Below are positions 1 through 61,829 of a DNA stretch of 64,000 nucleotides, piece after piece. The translations under genes and the position numbers were made by a program. Source of the stretch: Eledone cirrhosa (taxonomy: Eukaryota). The stretch covers positions 185,442,001-185,506,000 of the forward strand of contig OZ024742.1 of the NCBI GenBank assembly GCA_964016885.1. Direction: 5' to 3'. How positions within the stretch are numbered: the first letter of the stretch is position 1; each line of letters begins with the position of its first letter. Below the pieces are notes generated by a model. The model had not been told where the DNA came from, made no database searches, and saw only the letters and a program-made list of their open reading frames with translations.

Positions 1-45
1 AAACACCTAACGTCCTTTTCTGAATGTTTGAGGAAAGGGTCATCA

Positions 46-200
46 TCAGCACAACAACGTATTGAGCTCTTTTTCCGCTCTTCTGTAAGGTTCAGTACTT
101 TTGAGATCCACTCTCACCACTTCTGTCCAGGCTTTCTTCAAGCTTCCTTCCACTGAGATATCCTGGTACTTCTTCCCCCATTGATCATCCTTCTCTCTTG
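46..200 (-). mobile_element. Degenerate RTE LINE 3' fragment
   Basis: KKAWTEVVRVDLKS resembles KTWAEVVRVDLRS at the end of the 38327-39490 RTE. Confidence 0.6.
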
Positions 201-314
201 TGTATATATATAAGAACCTCGCAGTCAGTAGCCCGACTCCCCCAAATATATATATATATATATATACATAGTGACGAAACATAAGTCAATTGCATGAACT
301 CATAATCCTTTATT

Positions 315-372
315 TACTGCTATATATATTTCGATGATAGCCATTGAATGGCTATGACCTCATCAGGCAGTT
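315..372 (-). ncRNA. Type I hammerhead ribozyme motif
   Basis: Minus strand: ACTGC-CTGATGA-GGTCATAGCCATT C AATGGCTATCATC-GAAA-TATATA-TA-GCAGT; stems I and II pair. Confidence 0.75.
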
Positions 373-427
373 AGTCAGTTCTTAGATATGCCAGCTCTGT
401 GTTTATAGTGTTGATGGTATCAGAGCC

Positions 428-616
<189 letters not shown>

Positions 617-704
617 GAAAAGATTCAGGACGCCGACGGCTGAGCTCCGGCTGCATCAACAGCTAGATCCAAACACTTCGGATCTAGCTGTCGAAACAGC
701 CGGA

Positions 705-1340
705 GCAATCAAGAATATTATGGGGGTTGTATTGGTAAAGTATTTTTTATATATATTTGTATGATTTGCGTTTCCTGGATTATGAGAATGGTGGTGTATG
801 CGAGGACCGTGGCGTTGTTTTGCTTCTCACTTTTAATATTTTTGATATTTCTCTACACACAGGCTTCTATATCATACATATATATATAAAAAATACTTTA
901 CCAATACAACCCCTATAATACTCTTGATTGCCCGCTTAAACTGCTTGTATTACATATAACACCCTGCCGCACTATATTCTTATATAAATAAGACACACGT
1001 TCATGCCCCACATGTAACTATTGCATACACTAACTACTTCAAACTATCCTCTTGCTTTATCTTCGTAAACTGCCAATGTTGTATTTTAACTTTAATTTTG
1101 TCCTTTAATATGACTTCAATCTTTGTATGTAAATTGCCATGCTATATTGTTATAATGGATGTCAACCCACTGTGCGTCAATATATACATGTTTCTATATG
1201 TCTCTTGTGTTGGAAAGGAGGTCAAGTATGTAAAAAATCATTGAAAAATTGCTCCGAAGACTCCAAACCTCGGTTTGGAAGAAACAATTGTAAGCGAATA
1301 AATGGTTTAAACAGAACTTTGATTCATGTAATTTCTATAT
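705..1340 (+). mobile_element. PLE terminal-repeat (pLTR) copy with short inverted segment and HHR
   Basis: 766-1340 matches 27540-28150 in reverse; 705-757 is an inverted copy of about 882-931; HHR at 1249-1297. Confidence 0.7.
1249..1297 (+). ncRNA. Minimal hammerhead, variant core CCGAAGA
   Basis: TTGCT-CCGAAGA-CTCCAAACC TC GGTTTGGAA-GAAAC AATT GTA-AGCGA; palindromic stem III ACAATTGT. Confidence 0.7.
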
Positions 1341-1399
1341 ATATATATATATTATTCAACGCCCGTTGTAGCTGCATTTATATAATGTAGATATATATA

Positions 1400-1690
1400 A
1401 TTGTCTCCACTTTTGGCACAAAGCCAGCAATTATCCCAGTGTATTACTGGTACTTTATTTTATCGACCCCGTAAGGATGAAAGGCAAACTTAACCTCAGT
1501 TGAACTCAGAATAGCAAGGGCCGTAACTCTATGCTCCAAAGCATGGCGTCCGACCTCTACCGATACTGCCAATCCACCGCTAATCCCGCCGAGGTTAACT
1601 TTGCCTTTCATCCTTTCGGGGTCGATAAAATAAAGTACCAGTAATGCACTGGAATAATTGCTGGCCTTGTGCCAAAACTAGAAACAATTA
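1400..1690. mobile_element. Adjacent inverted pair of tRNA-derived SINEs (family 1, Nin-domain-like)
   Basis: Core GCCTTTCATCCTT(A/T)CGGGGTCGATAAAATAAAGTACCAG; one copy minus (1400-1580), one plus (1582-1690). Confidence 0.8.
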
Positions 1691-2189
1691 TTAAGTTGCA
1701 AGTTAGTTATTTCATAAAAATTCTCATAATTCTTGATTACACCGGTAATTAAACTACAAAAGATGTATGTTGTTGTTAGAAATATGGCTACAAAAGGTTA
1801 AATGATGTTTCTTATTCGGGACTAGATGTCAGACTCTGGCAGGTTTTGACATGAAAGATATGATCTCAGAACTACTGACAAATGAAACAGCTTGTTATGT
1901 ACATATTGTACCAGTCATATACACAGTATTTCAGTTATTTGCAATACTAAACCATATTCACTCATACTACCTATTTATAAATTTGTCTATTTTTTATTTA
2001 CAATAAAACAAATTCGATTAACATGTGTTTATTTGTCAAATATTTCTAAAAAAAAAAAAAAAAGGCACAAAAGATGAATTCTAATATTTTCTGATCTAAA
2101 TTACTGCTTTCATATATGCGGCAAATATATGATAAATATATGTAAAATATATATATGGCATATATACTATGCCACTTCCGGCTGATTAT

Positions 2190-2395
2190 GTATTGGGCTT
2201 GTTAACACAGCCATACTTAATTGGTTAACAGTCACAAATCATTGCTTAACAAAGCCACACTTGGTTAATAGTAACAGTCACACATGGCTGATTAATGTAG
2301 CCACTCTTAGTTGATTATCAGTCATACATGGTTGGTTAATGTAGCCATACTTGGTTGATATTAATAATCACACATGGTTGGTTAACATAGCCACA
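2190..2395. repeat. Degenerate about 20-bp tandem repeat in the presumed CERKL 3' UTR
   Basis: Recurrent (t/c)agccatacttggttggttaa-like units. Confidence 0.65.
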
Positions 2396-2503
2396 ACAAA
2401 AAATTGTTATGAACAATAGTAATTAATTACATATTTTTTCTATCAATATTTGGCAAAATTTTAATTTGAAAGTTGCTGCAGAATAAGCAAAAAAATTGAT
2501 GGT

Positions 2504-52385
<49,882 letters not shown>

Positions 52386-52774
52386 CTGTAACATAAAGGA
52401 ACAATCATTTTATTTTTCTATCACAATTAAGTAGAGTTTAGACTACACCAAAGAGGAAAGAAACGGGTAAGAGATGTGATTTGGGATTTTTTTAATTACA
52501 ACTTTATCATTTCTAGGCATTGACCAAATCTTAACATCATAAAATGGTACCTGGAGTATAGGATTGGTTCCTGGATATTGAGCACCCTAGGATAGCTCTA
52601 AAATATAAGGCCCCTTCTTCCTGTTATTCTCTCAAATAAAATAATTTCAACTTACAGTTTGATAAGCTCACAAACCTAGCTCTTGACTCTTCTTGCTCTG
52701 ACCTCAATAAGAAAATTATTAAGCCTGCATTTTCTTCCACACAGTCCACAATCTCCTACACCAAATAATGATTT

Positions 52775-52985
52775 CTAGCATAGGCACAAGGCCAGTAATT
52801 TGGGGGCGAGGGGAAAATCAATTAAATCAACCCCAGTACGTTACTGGGGCTTTATTTTATCAACCCCGTAAGGATGAAAGGCTATGTTAACCTTGGCAGG
52901 ATTTGAACTCAGATGATAAAGGACCATAACTCTATGTGGCAAAGCATGGTGTCCCATTCTCTACCGATACTGCCAATACACCGCC
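52775..52985 (-). mobile_element. Family-1 SINE
   Basis: Reverse-complement match. Confidence 0.75.
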
Positions 52986-53384
52986 CTTCCTACACCAAAT
53001 AATGGTTACTGATTTAGGTACAAGGCCAACAATTTTGTGGTAGGGAAAAGTCGATTAAATTAACCCCAGTATTTCGCTGTAACTTTATTGACTATTAAAA
53101 TAATGTGACATGTCATCTCACCATAAGAACAACCCTTTCACTTTCGATATTTCCACAGCAAATATGTTTATTGATTTAATTATTTATTTTTAAAAAATTA
53201 TTATATATTTAATTAAATTATACAAATATATATAAAACTGTGATCATTTAAGATTCAATAATGTGTCTCTCTGATGTCTTGTACCTTAAGTGTCTACTTA
53301 GTTGGCCTTAATAATATCTTCAATTCTACTGTAGTAGAATGTCTGATTACACATCAGTTTCATGCATATATACATCAGGTAATT

Positions 53385-53830
53385 ATTATATAGCACTAGA
53401 TATATATAGTACTATATATAGACAGTAATATGCACTACAATATATATAGACAGTAAAATATAGCAGTACATATAGACAATAATATACAACAGTATATAGA
53501 CAGTCATATATTGTACTATATATATATATGCAATAATATATAGTACAATATATCGACAGTAATATATAGTAGTATATATAAACAGTAAAATATAGCAGTA
53601 TATATATAAACAGTAATGTATAGAAGTATATATAGACAGTAATATAAAGACACTAATATACAGGAGTAGACAGTAATATATAGACTGTAATATATAGCAC
53701 CAGATATAGACTGTAATATATAAACTGTAATATACAACACTAGATTTAGACTGTAATATATAGACTATAATATATAGACTGTAATATATAGACTGTAATA
53801 TATAGACTGTAATATATAGACAGTAATATA
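53385..53830. repeat. Minisatellite (ATATAGACTGTAAT-based), left half
   Basis: Repeated tatagac(t/a)gtaata units. Confidence 0.85.
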
Positions 53831-55870
53831 TCTCCTTGGCTGCTGCTCGGATACAAGTATCGAGGTCAGCAAGGGGAGATGTGTGGGTGTAGCACGGTGC
53901 ACTGCAAAGAGTATAGAGGAGCTTCGGCATGGCGAAGCAGTTCCTCAACAGAAAGAGAGCTGGGTTGCCGCCGATCAAGCCGAGCGGCTCGTGAGAGTCT
54001 GGAGTTGTTGAAGCCTGGACCTGATGATGGAGTGGATGGCTGGTGGGTGGATCGGTGCCCCGAGGATGAGGACATCCTCTTGGGGGGGGGGGGGGGTCAC
54101 CTGTACCTGGTGGAGAATGAACCGCATGTCCGAGACAGAGGGTGCAAAGCTCTCAGCATCGTGGCTGACATTCACCACCTCCGACTTGGCCGAGATGACC
54201 TGGAAGCTGTACAGACTGTCTGCCATGACCTACAATCGGTGGTTCCTGCCCTGGCGGGAATCGGCCTCCAGGTCAACTCGCCCAAGTCGGAGGTGGTGAA
54301 TGTCAGCCACGATGCTGAGAGCTTTGCACCCTCCGTCTCGGCCGAGTTGACCTGGAGGCCGATTCCCATTCTCCACCAGGTACAGGTGACCCCCCAAAGA
54401 GGATGTCCTCATCCTCGGGTCACCGATCCACCTGCCGGCCATCCGCTCCACCATCAGGTCCAGTCTTCAACAACTCCAGACTCTCACGAGCCAACTGGGC
54501 TTGATCGACGGCCACCCAGCTCTCTTTCTGTTGAGGAACTGCTTTGCCATGCCGAAGCTCCTCTATATCCTTCGCAGCGCACTGTGCTACACCCACACAT
54601 CTCTCCTCGCTGACCTCGATACTTGTATCCGAGTAGCAGCCAAGGAGATATGCAACGTCAAGTTTGATGACATTGGATGGCAACAGGCCAATTTACCTGT
54701 GAGGTATGGCGGCCTTGGCCTCCGGTCCCTGATCTCGGTGGCTTTGCCGGCATATCTTTCGTCGGTAACCTTGTACCGCGTCCTCGTCAGCAGTGTTCGT
54801 CAAAACACAATAGAACCCTCTGTGTTCAGAGAACGTGAGGCCGCCTGTGCAATGTGGGACCGGCTGGGACTTGGCCCAGTAGACGTCCCTCCTCCTTCTC
54901 CCTCTGTTGACGCCAAGTTTCCCCAAAGCATTTGGGATGCCATCCAGTGCAGCCTGGCTTCAGACAGGCTCACGCGCCAGCTCGACCAGCACCGCCTTGC
55001 CTACTTTCGCCAAGCCTCCAAACCACACAGTCGTGCCTGGCTCCATGCCCTGCCTTCATTCTCCACTGGCACGCAGCTAGACAACAATAGGCTAAGCATC
55101 GGCGTTTCCTTGAGGCTCGGCCTCCGGATCTGCGAGCCACACCAATGTTCACCGTGGACTCTTTCAGCCTCCACCTGCTTTCCTGTCACCACAGTGCCGG
55201 CCACCTTCCATGCCATGCTGCCCTCAACGAGGTCATAAAGCATGGCTTGGACGCTGCGGGCTTCCCTTCCCAGCTTGTGGGGCTGGACCGAGGGGACGAC
55301 AAAAGGCCAGATGGCATGACCATCTTCCCGTTCCGTGGTGGCAAACCCCTCATCTGGGATGCTACTTGCACCGACACTTTCTGCAGCCGCAACCTGGTAC
55401 AGTCTGCGACTAATCCAGGTTCTGCAGCACGTTGGGCCGAGGAGGCGAAGCTCCTCAAATACCGGTCGCTCTCCGACAGGTTTGCGGTTGTACCCCTGGC
55501 AGTGGAGACATCTGGTGTCCTCGGCCCTAGGGCTACCTCCCTCCTCCCCACCATAGGCGCTGAGCTAGCCAGCCGCAGGTGTAAACCCCATGAGTTGGAG
55601 TAGCTTTTCCAGCGCGTCTCCCTTGCCGTCCTCCGTGGGAACCTTCTCCATCCTGTTCGCCGGGGCTGTGTGTGTGTGGGGGGGGGGGGGGGCATCGCCT
55701 AACATTCCATATTTAGGTATCCAAATTAATGGTTTTTATTGGGTCAAGTGAAGGGGCAATGCCCATCACTTTTTTCAGCTTCTCTATGTTAATTATTTCA
55801 TCTGATGTTCCAGTGATCCCTTTAATAGTGTGTTTTGTTTTTATTAGATACTGCTCAATTAATTTTTATA
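53828..55870 (+). mobile_element. 5'-truncated CRE-type (RLE endonuclease) non-LTR retrotransposon with inverted 5' end
   Basis: GLQVNSPKSEV, LLRNCFAMPKLLY, QQANLPVRYGGLG, AWLHALP, HAALNEVI, RPDG..WDAT..EEAK..KY..PLAVETSG; frameshifts; GC-rich. Confidence 0.82.
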
Positions 55871-56292
55871 TAATATATAGACTGTAATATACAACACTAG
55901 ATATAGACTGTAATATACAGCACTAGATATTGACAGTAATACATAGACTGTAATATATAGACTGTAATATACAGCACTAGATATTGACAGTAATACATAG
56001 ACTGTAATATATAGACTGTAATATACCATACTAGATATAGACTGTAATATATAACACTAGATGTAGACTGTAATATATAACACTAGATGTAGACTGTAAT
56101 ATATAACACTAGATATAGACTGTAATATACAATACTAGATATAGACTGTAATATATAACACTAGATGTAGACTGTAATATATAACACTAGATGTAGACTG
56201 TAATATATAACACTAGATATAGACTGTAATATATAACACTAGATATAGACTGTAATATACAATACTAGATATAGATAGTTCAGTAATATACA
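55871..56292. repeat. Minisatellite (ACACTAGAT(A/G)TAGACTGTAATATATA), right half
   Basis: Same unit and orientation as 53385-53830. Confidence 0.9.
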
Positions 56293-56572
56293 GAAGTCAA
56301 TATTATTCTGACATTGTAAAGGAAGTAAACAGTTTTCTGGCAGAAAGACAAACGTGTTTAGTCTTGTTTTATTTAGTTTTTAAAAGATAACGATCAAATA
56401 TTAATGAACTTAGAAATATTTTTTTTTGTCTCCCTCTCACTATATATATATATATACAGTGGTGGACTGGCCAGCTTGCCCTATGGCAAGTGGGTTCCAG
56501 GGGGTCCATGGTAGCATTGCACTCTATTGAGTGCTTTGTGATGGACTACAACTTCAAATCATACCTAATATA

Positions 56573-56604
<32 letters not shown>

Positions 56605-56992
56605 TATATACATTTTTATATATTATATATATCATCATCGTCGTCCTCAATTAACGTCTATCTTCCACACTAGCATGGGTTAGATGGGTTTGTCCCATTT
56701 AGAGGCAAGTTGAATCGAGTAACCATGTCTCGCTCATATAGGAGTTTTCCTGGCTGTATACCCTTCCTAACGCCATTCACATTGACAGTGTTTGCGGGGT
56801 GCTTTTTGCCATGTTTTTTACATGGCCACTTTACAGTGTGGGCTGGGTGCTTTTGGGGCTGGTCTTCTATGGCTGGATGCCCTCCCTAACGCCAACCACA
56901 TTGATAGTGTGTTGCTGGGTGCTTTTTGTCGTCACACCTACATGATCATATTTCAGTGTAGGCTGAATGTTTTGTGGTACCAGCATAATATA

Positions 56993-57113
<121 letters not shown>

Positions 57114-57230
57114 AGGCGTGTGGCTGAGTGGTTAGAGAATTGGATTCACAATCGTAAGGTTGTGAGTTCGATTCCTGGACCAGGCGATGCGTTATGTCCT
57201 TGAGCAAGACACTTTATTTCACGTTGCTCC
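57114..57230 (+). mobile_element. Family-2 SINE head (tRNA-derived plus CORE-like)
   Basis: TGGCTGAGTGG A-box, GAGTTCGATTCC B-box, GTCCTTGAGCAAGACACTT. Confidence 0.75.
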
Positions 57231-57330
57231 TTCTACCTGGAGTTGCGACCGCTAGATAGTATTAGCAATTGGACAGACCAACGGAAACATTGTTCCCTCG
57301 GTCCGATTTGACGAAAGTCGATCGTTCCTT

Positions 57331-57395
<65 letters not shown>

Positions 57396-57459
57396 TATAT
57401 TATGCTGGTACCACAAAACATCCAGCCTACATATATATATATATATAAAATATATATAT

Positions 57460-59400
57460 ATTAAAGAAAGTTCAAGCATGTTCTACAACGCGAGGACCAA
57501 AAACGTGAGGTGTTCAGGATTGCTAGGCAATGTGTCAAGGAAAACCGTGATATTGTCGGGGAGAAGTGTGTGTTTAATGATGATGGTGTACTTGCCATCA
57601 CTGACGCTGATAAGAAGGTAGCTTGGAAGTGTCACTACGAAAGGCTACTAAATGAGGAGAATAAATGGGAGAAAGACAGTCTCCCCCACATCGATCCAAT
57701 AGAGGGACCAGCAGTGCAAGTTGAAGGTAGTATAATAAGTAAGGCAATCAAATATATGAAGACGGGAAAGGTGGCTGGGCCTTCGGAAATAGTTGCTGAA
57801 ATGCTGAAAGCATCTGGAACGGTGGGACACACTATGGTCACCTGGATAGTAAACCAAGTCATACAGAATGGGGTCGTTCCGAAGGACTGGCGTAGCAGCA
57901 TCATCATTAACTGCAACAAGGGTAAAGGAGATGCCCTAGATAGGGGTAACTATAGAGGCATTAAATTAATCGACCAGGTCATGAAGGTCACAGAAAAAGT
58001 AATAGCGCAACAAATCAGAGAACGAATTGATCTAGATGAATTGCAGTTCGGGTTTGTGTCAGGTAAAAGTACCACAGACGCTCTTTTCATTGTACGACAA
58101 CTACAGAAGTACCTAGCTAAAGGTAAACCCCTATACTTAGCTTTTGTTAACTTGGAGAAAGCCTTTGACAGAGTCCCCTGCTCCATTATCTGGTGGGCTC
58201 TTAGAAACCTAGGTGTTGATGAATGGCTTGTGAGAGCTATACAAGCCATGTATAAAGAAACAGTCAGAAAGGTTAGAATTAACAACGAATATAGTGAAGA
58301 GTTTAGCGTAAAAGTTGGTGTTCATCAGGGCTCCGTTCTTAGCCCCCTACTATTTATTATTGCCCTTCAGGATATAACAGAGGAGTTCAAGACCGGCTGC
58401 CCATGGGAACTCCTATACGCAGATGATCTAACGCTCATAGCTGAATCAATGGCTGAACTAGAGAAGAAATTACAAACATGGAAGCATGGCCTAGAATCAA
58501 AAGGCCTTAAAATTAACTAAAGTTCTAGTTTGTAGGAAGGAAAATAGGGCACCAGTCCCATCTGGGAAATGGCTATGCTCAGTGTGTAGGAAAGGAGTAG
58601 GCTAGGCAGAAACTCCATGTTATGTCCCAAATGCAAAGTATGGGTGCATAAAAGATGTAGTGGGATCACAGATAAGCTAACTAAGAATATAGATTTTATA
58701 TGTGGCCGGTGCTCAGGTGCAATAAGTAGCAGCAAGTGCCCACTGAATACTAGCTCATTCCATTGCACAGATGGTTCTATAGAAATAGTGGACACCTTTC
58801 GTTACCTGGGTGACAAAATCAGCAGTGGTGGAGGGTGCTCTGAAAGTACAGTAGCCAGAGTCAGAATGGGATGGAAAAAGTTCAGAGAGCTTATACCACT
58901 ATTGGCTGCTAAAGGGTTCTCTCTAAAAATGAAAGGCAGACTGTGTGATGCCTGCATACGAACAGCAATGTTGCATGGCAGTGAGACCTGCGTCCTGTGT
59001 GCAGAGGATATACGCAGACTGGAGAGGAAGGAAGCTTCCATGCTCCGCTGGATGTGTAATAGTAATATACGTGAACGGCAAAGCATAAACGAACTAAGGG
59101 ATAAATTAGGAATAAGAGGGATCAGATGTTCTTTACTCGAGAGAAGACTACGTTGGTACGGTCACGTGATGCGCATGAAAGACGACAGCTGTATAAAAAA
59201 AGTGCAGGGCGATAAAAATAGACGGTAGCCACGGAGTAGGCAGACCCAGAAAAACCTGGGACGACTTGATAAATTCCGACCTCACACACTTACACCTCTC
59301 CAAGACAACGTCATTGGACCGAGATCTTTGGCGGTACTCAGTAACACAGAAGACCCGCCTTACCTAAGTACAAAGTGAAACCTACAGTCAGTAGTCACCT
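57460..59400 (+). mobile_element. RTE LINE, 5'-truncated, nearly whole RT, frameshifted
   Basis: KGKGD..NYRGIKL, QFGF..STTD, FVNLEKAFDRV, GVHQGSVLSP, YADD; frameshift near 58515; PHD finger; RRLRWYGHVMR. Confidence 0.92.
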
Positions 59401-59767
59401 CTTAACCAAAATACACCCCCGTTCCACTACTACCACACCCCATCCACACCACCCCTTTCAATGTAAAGTTATGTTGGTACCACAACATCCAATCCGAAAT
59501 AAATGAGGTCGTGTAGGCGTCACGACAAAAAAACACACAACCCACGCTGTAATGTGGTCATGTAGGTAACACGGTAAAAACCTCCCAGTCCCACACTGTA
59601 AATGTGGTTGGTGTTAGGAAGGGCATCCAGCCGTAGAAAACCCGCCAGACAGTCCTATACGAGCAAGACAACCAATCTTGCCTCAAGTAGAAAAATTCCC
59701 GTCCAAACCCATGCAAGCGTGGAAGATGGCCGTTAAACAATGATGATGATGATGATGATGATGATAT

Positions 59768-59834
<67 letters not shown>

Positions 59835-59909
59835 TCATCATCATCATCATCATCGTTTAACGTCCATCTTCCACGCTTGCATGGGTTTGGACGGATATAT
59901 ATATATAAG

Positions 59910-60240
59910 AAAAAGTAAGTAAGGTTCTATAAAAAACAGTGGATATAGAGAAAAGGTGAAGTTGGAAATACCACGTTAAATAGATTTTAGGGTCTGTTTT
60001 TCTTTTTTTCCCTTTCTTTGATTCGTCAAAGTGACATTATTGTAAAATGAGAGGGAAAATTATTTTTAAAAAATGTTTCTAATGTATAAAGTATATAAAG
60101 TATATAAAGTATATAAAGTATTACCGGTTTCGATGTATTATTAAAATTCATCTTATCAAATGTTGAGTATTACAATTAAAAAGAATTAATAGGAATTAAA
60201 AACTAAAAATTAAAAATTTAAAATTAAATGTTGGAGTAAG
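59910..60240 (-). mobile_element. Diverged relative of the 19526-20814 arm sequence with a degenerate HHR
   Basis: atagagaaaa..tga.gttgg.aat and accggtttcgatg...catctt.tcaaatgttga shared with 19524-19680. Confidence 0.55.
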
Positions 60241-61059
60241 TTTTTTTCCCATCTTCGTTGCTCATATTTGAACTCAGAACATGCAGAACTAATACACGCA
60301 CCACAAATTATCCTATCTGATTCTTTAACAATTCCACCAATCCATCACCTCTTAATTGGTATTTTAATTATCAACCCTGAAAGGATGAAATGCAAAGTTC
60401 ACTTCTGCATGATTTCAATTCAGAGCTCAAAGAACCAAAACAAATATCAAAGCATTTAATCCAATGCTTTAATGATTTGCCACCAATTTACTGCCAAATA
60501 ACCAGAAATAAAAGTAAGTTTTAAAAATAGATACAACACAGAAAACAACCCATATTAATCTTATTAGTTTGTATGCCAATACAAGATCAATATGAGATCA
60601 ATTATTAGTAGAATATTTATTGGATTTTTGTTACACAGTCGCTCTCCAACAGGTTTGCAGTGGAGCCCATAGCAGTGGAGACTTCTGGTCAGCCCTAGGA
60701 CAACCTCCCTACTCACCACAATTGGCATGGAGTTGCCTTCTTTATTCTGTCCACCAGGACCACAAGCGCATAAGCCCCTATTTGCTTATAGTAGTAAGAG
60801 ATGGGGGGAGCGATAGAGATGGTGGCAGTAACAATGGAAATTTGATTCTATTATGTTCACTCCTTGTTAGGAATTTTTAGTTTCAGTGTGTATATGGACA
60901 CACACACACAGAGTAAACTGTTGTTATATTTTACTTCACTTCCATTTTTCATGATATATATATAAAAAAATTCTTTAATCAGGGAAGAAAGAGTTGAGCC
61001 TCTGATAGTTTTCAAAGCTTCTGAGGCAGGGGAAGATGGAGGGAAGAAGCTATCCTTAA

Positions 61060-61290
61060 CCCTTTCATTGCCATATTTCTAATATAATACATTGTGTTTG
61101 AATTCAATTAATGAAGAATTTAGAGGCATTTACTAATTATTTCCTTATTAAGATAGTATTTGTATCACAGCTTATCAAAAGGTTCTTATAGCAAACTATG
61201 TTAGAATTAATTTAAATAGGAGATCTTTATAATGGAAGGTTTTGTTCCATAGAACCAGAGCTGGTTTTAGATGGGTTGGTATCAAAAGGG
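61060..61290. mobile_element. piggyBac-type MITE
   Basis: TTAA|CCCTTT...AAAGGG|TTAA; decayed relatives near 4690-5080, 9980-10120, 16790-16900, 49090. Confidence 0.6.
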
Positions 61291-61829
61291 TTAAACTGAA
61301 GACTTGACCTAAAGACTGTATTTTTCTGTCTATTGTGCTCATTCGTGTATAATGTGCACCCCTTTTTGACCAGAAAAATGGTATGTAGTGTAGCCAACCT
61401 TCAATGTGGGCAATGTGGGCAATCCAACTGACAATGTGGGCAATTACAAACTATGGAGCACCTTCTAGTTTGCCCCAATGGTTCATGCACACTTAATAAC
61501 CTTAAAACCTTAAAATCTCAGGCAAGGCTGTGTGTGCAACACTAATAGGTGTGGTTTAGTGACTCAATAAGAAGAAGACCAGAAAAATGTCTGAAAAACA
61601 AAAAACAAAAGAACCCACAATAAACACACATGTCTTTGTACTAACTACCACCTTATCACTACCATCATCATCATTTTCTCTCTCAACACATTCTTGATAT
61701 CAAAATCCCCACCAAAACTGTGGGTTTCCAAGTTGACCTACTGCTGTTTTTGAAGTTTTCTTTTCAGATCTTGTCATTAAATCTGGTGTGCTTTGTTACT
61801 ACTGTTGTTACTGTTGTTGTTGGTATAAA

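Noticed and set aside
54501-55603. Host gene or bacterial contamination in the GC-rich block
   Set aside because: Motifs are those of an RLE non-LTR retrotransposon, it is frameshifted, and it is embedded in a host minisatellite.
57114-57190. tRNA gene
   Set aside because: A/B boxes run into a SINE core; no complete cloverleaf.
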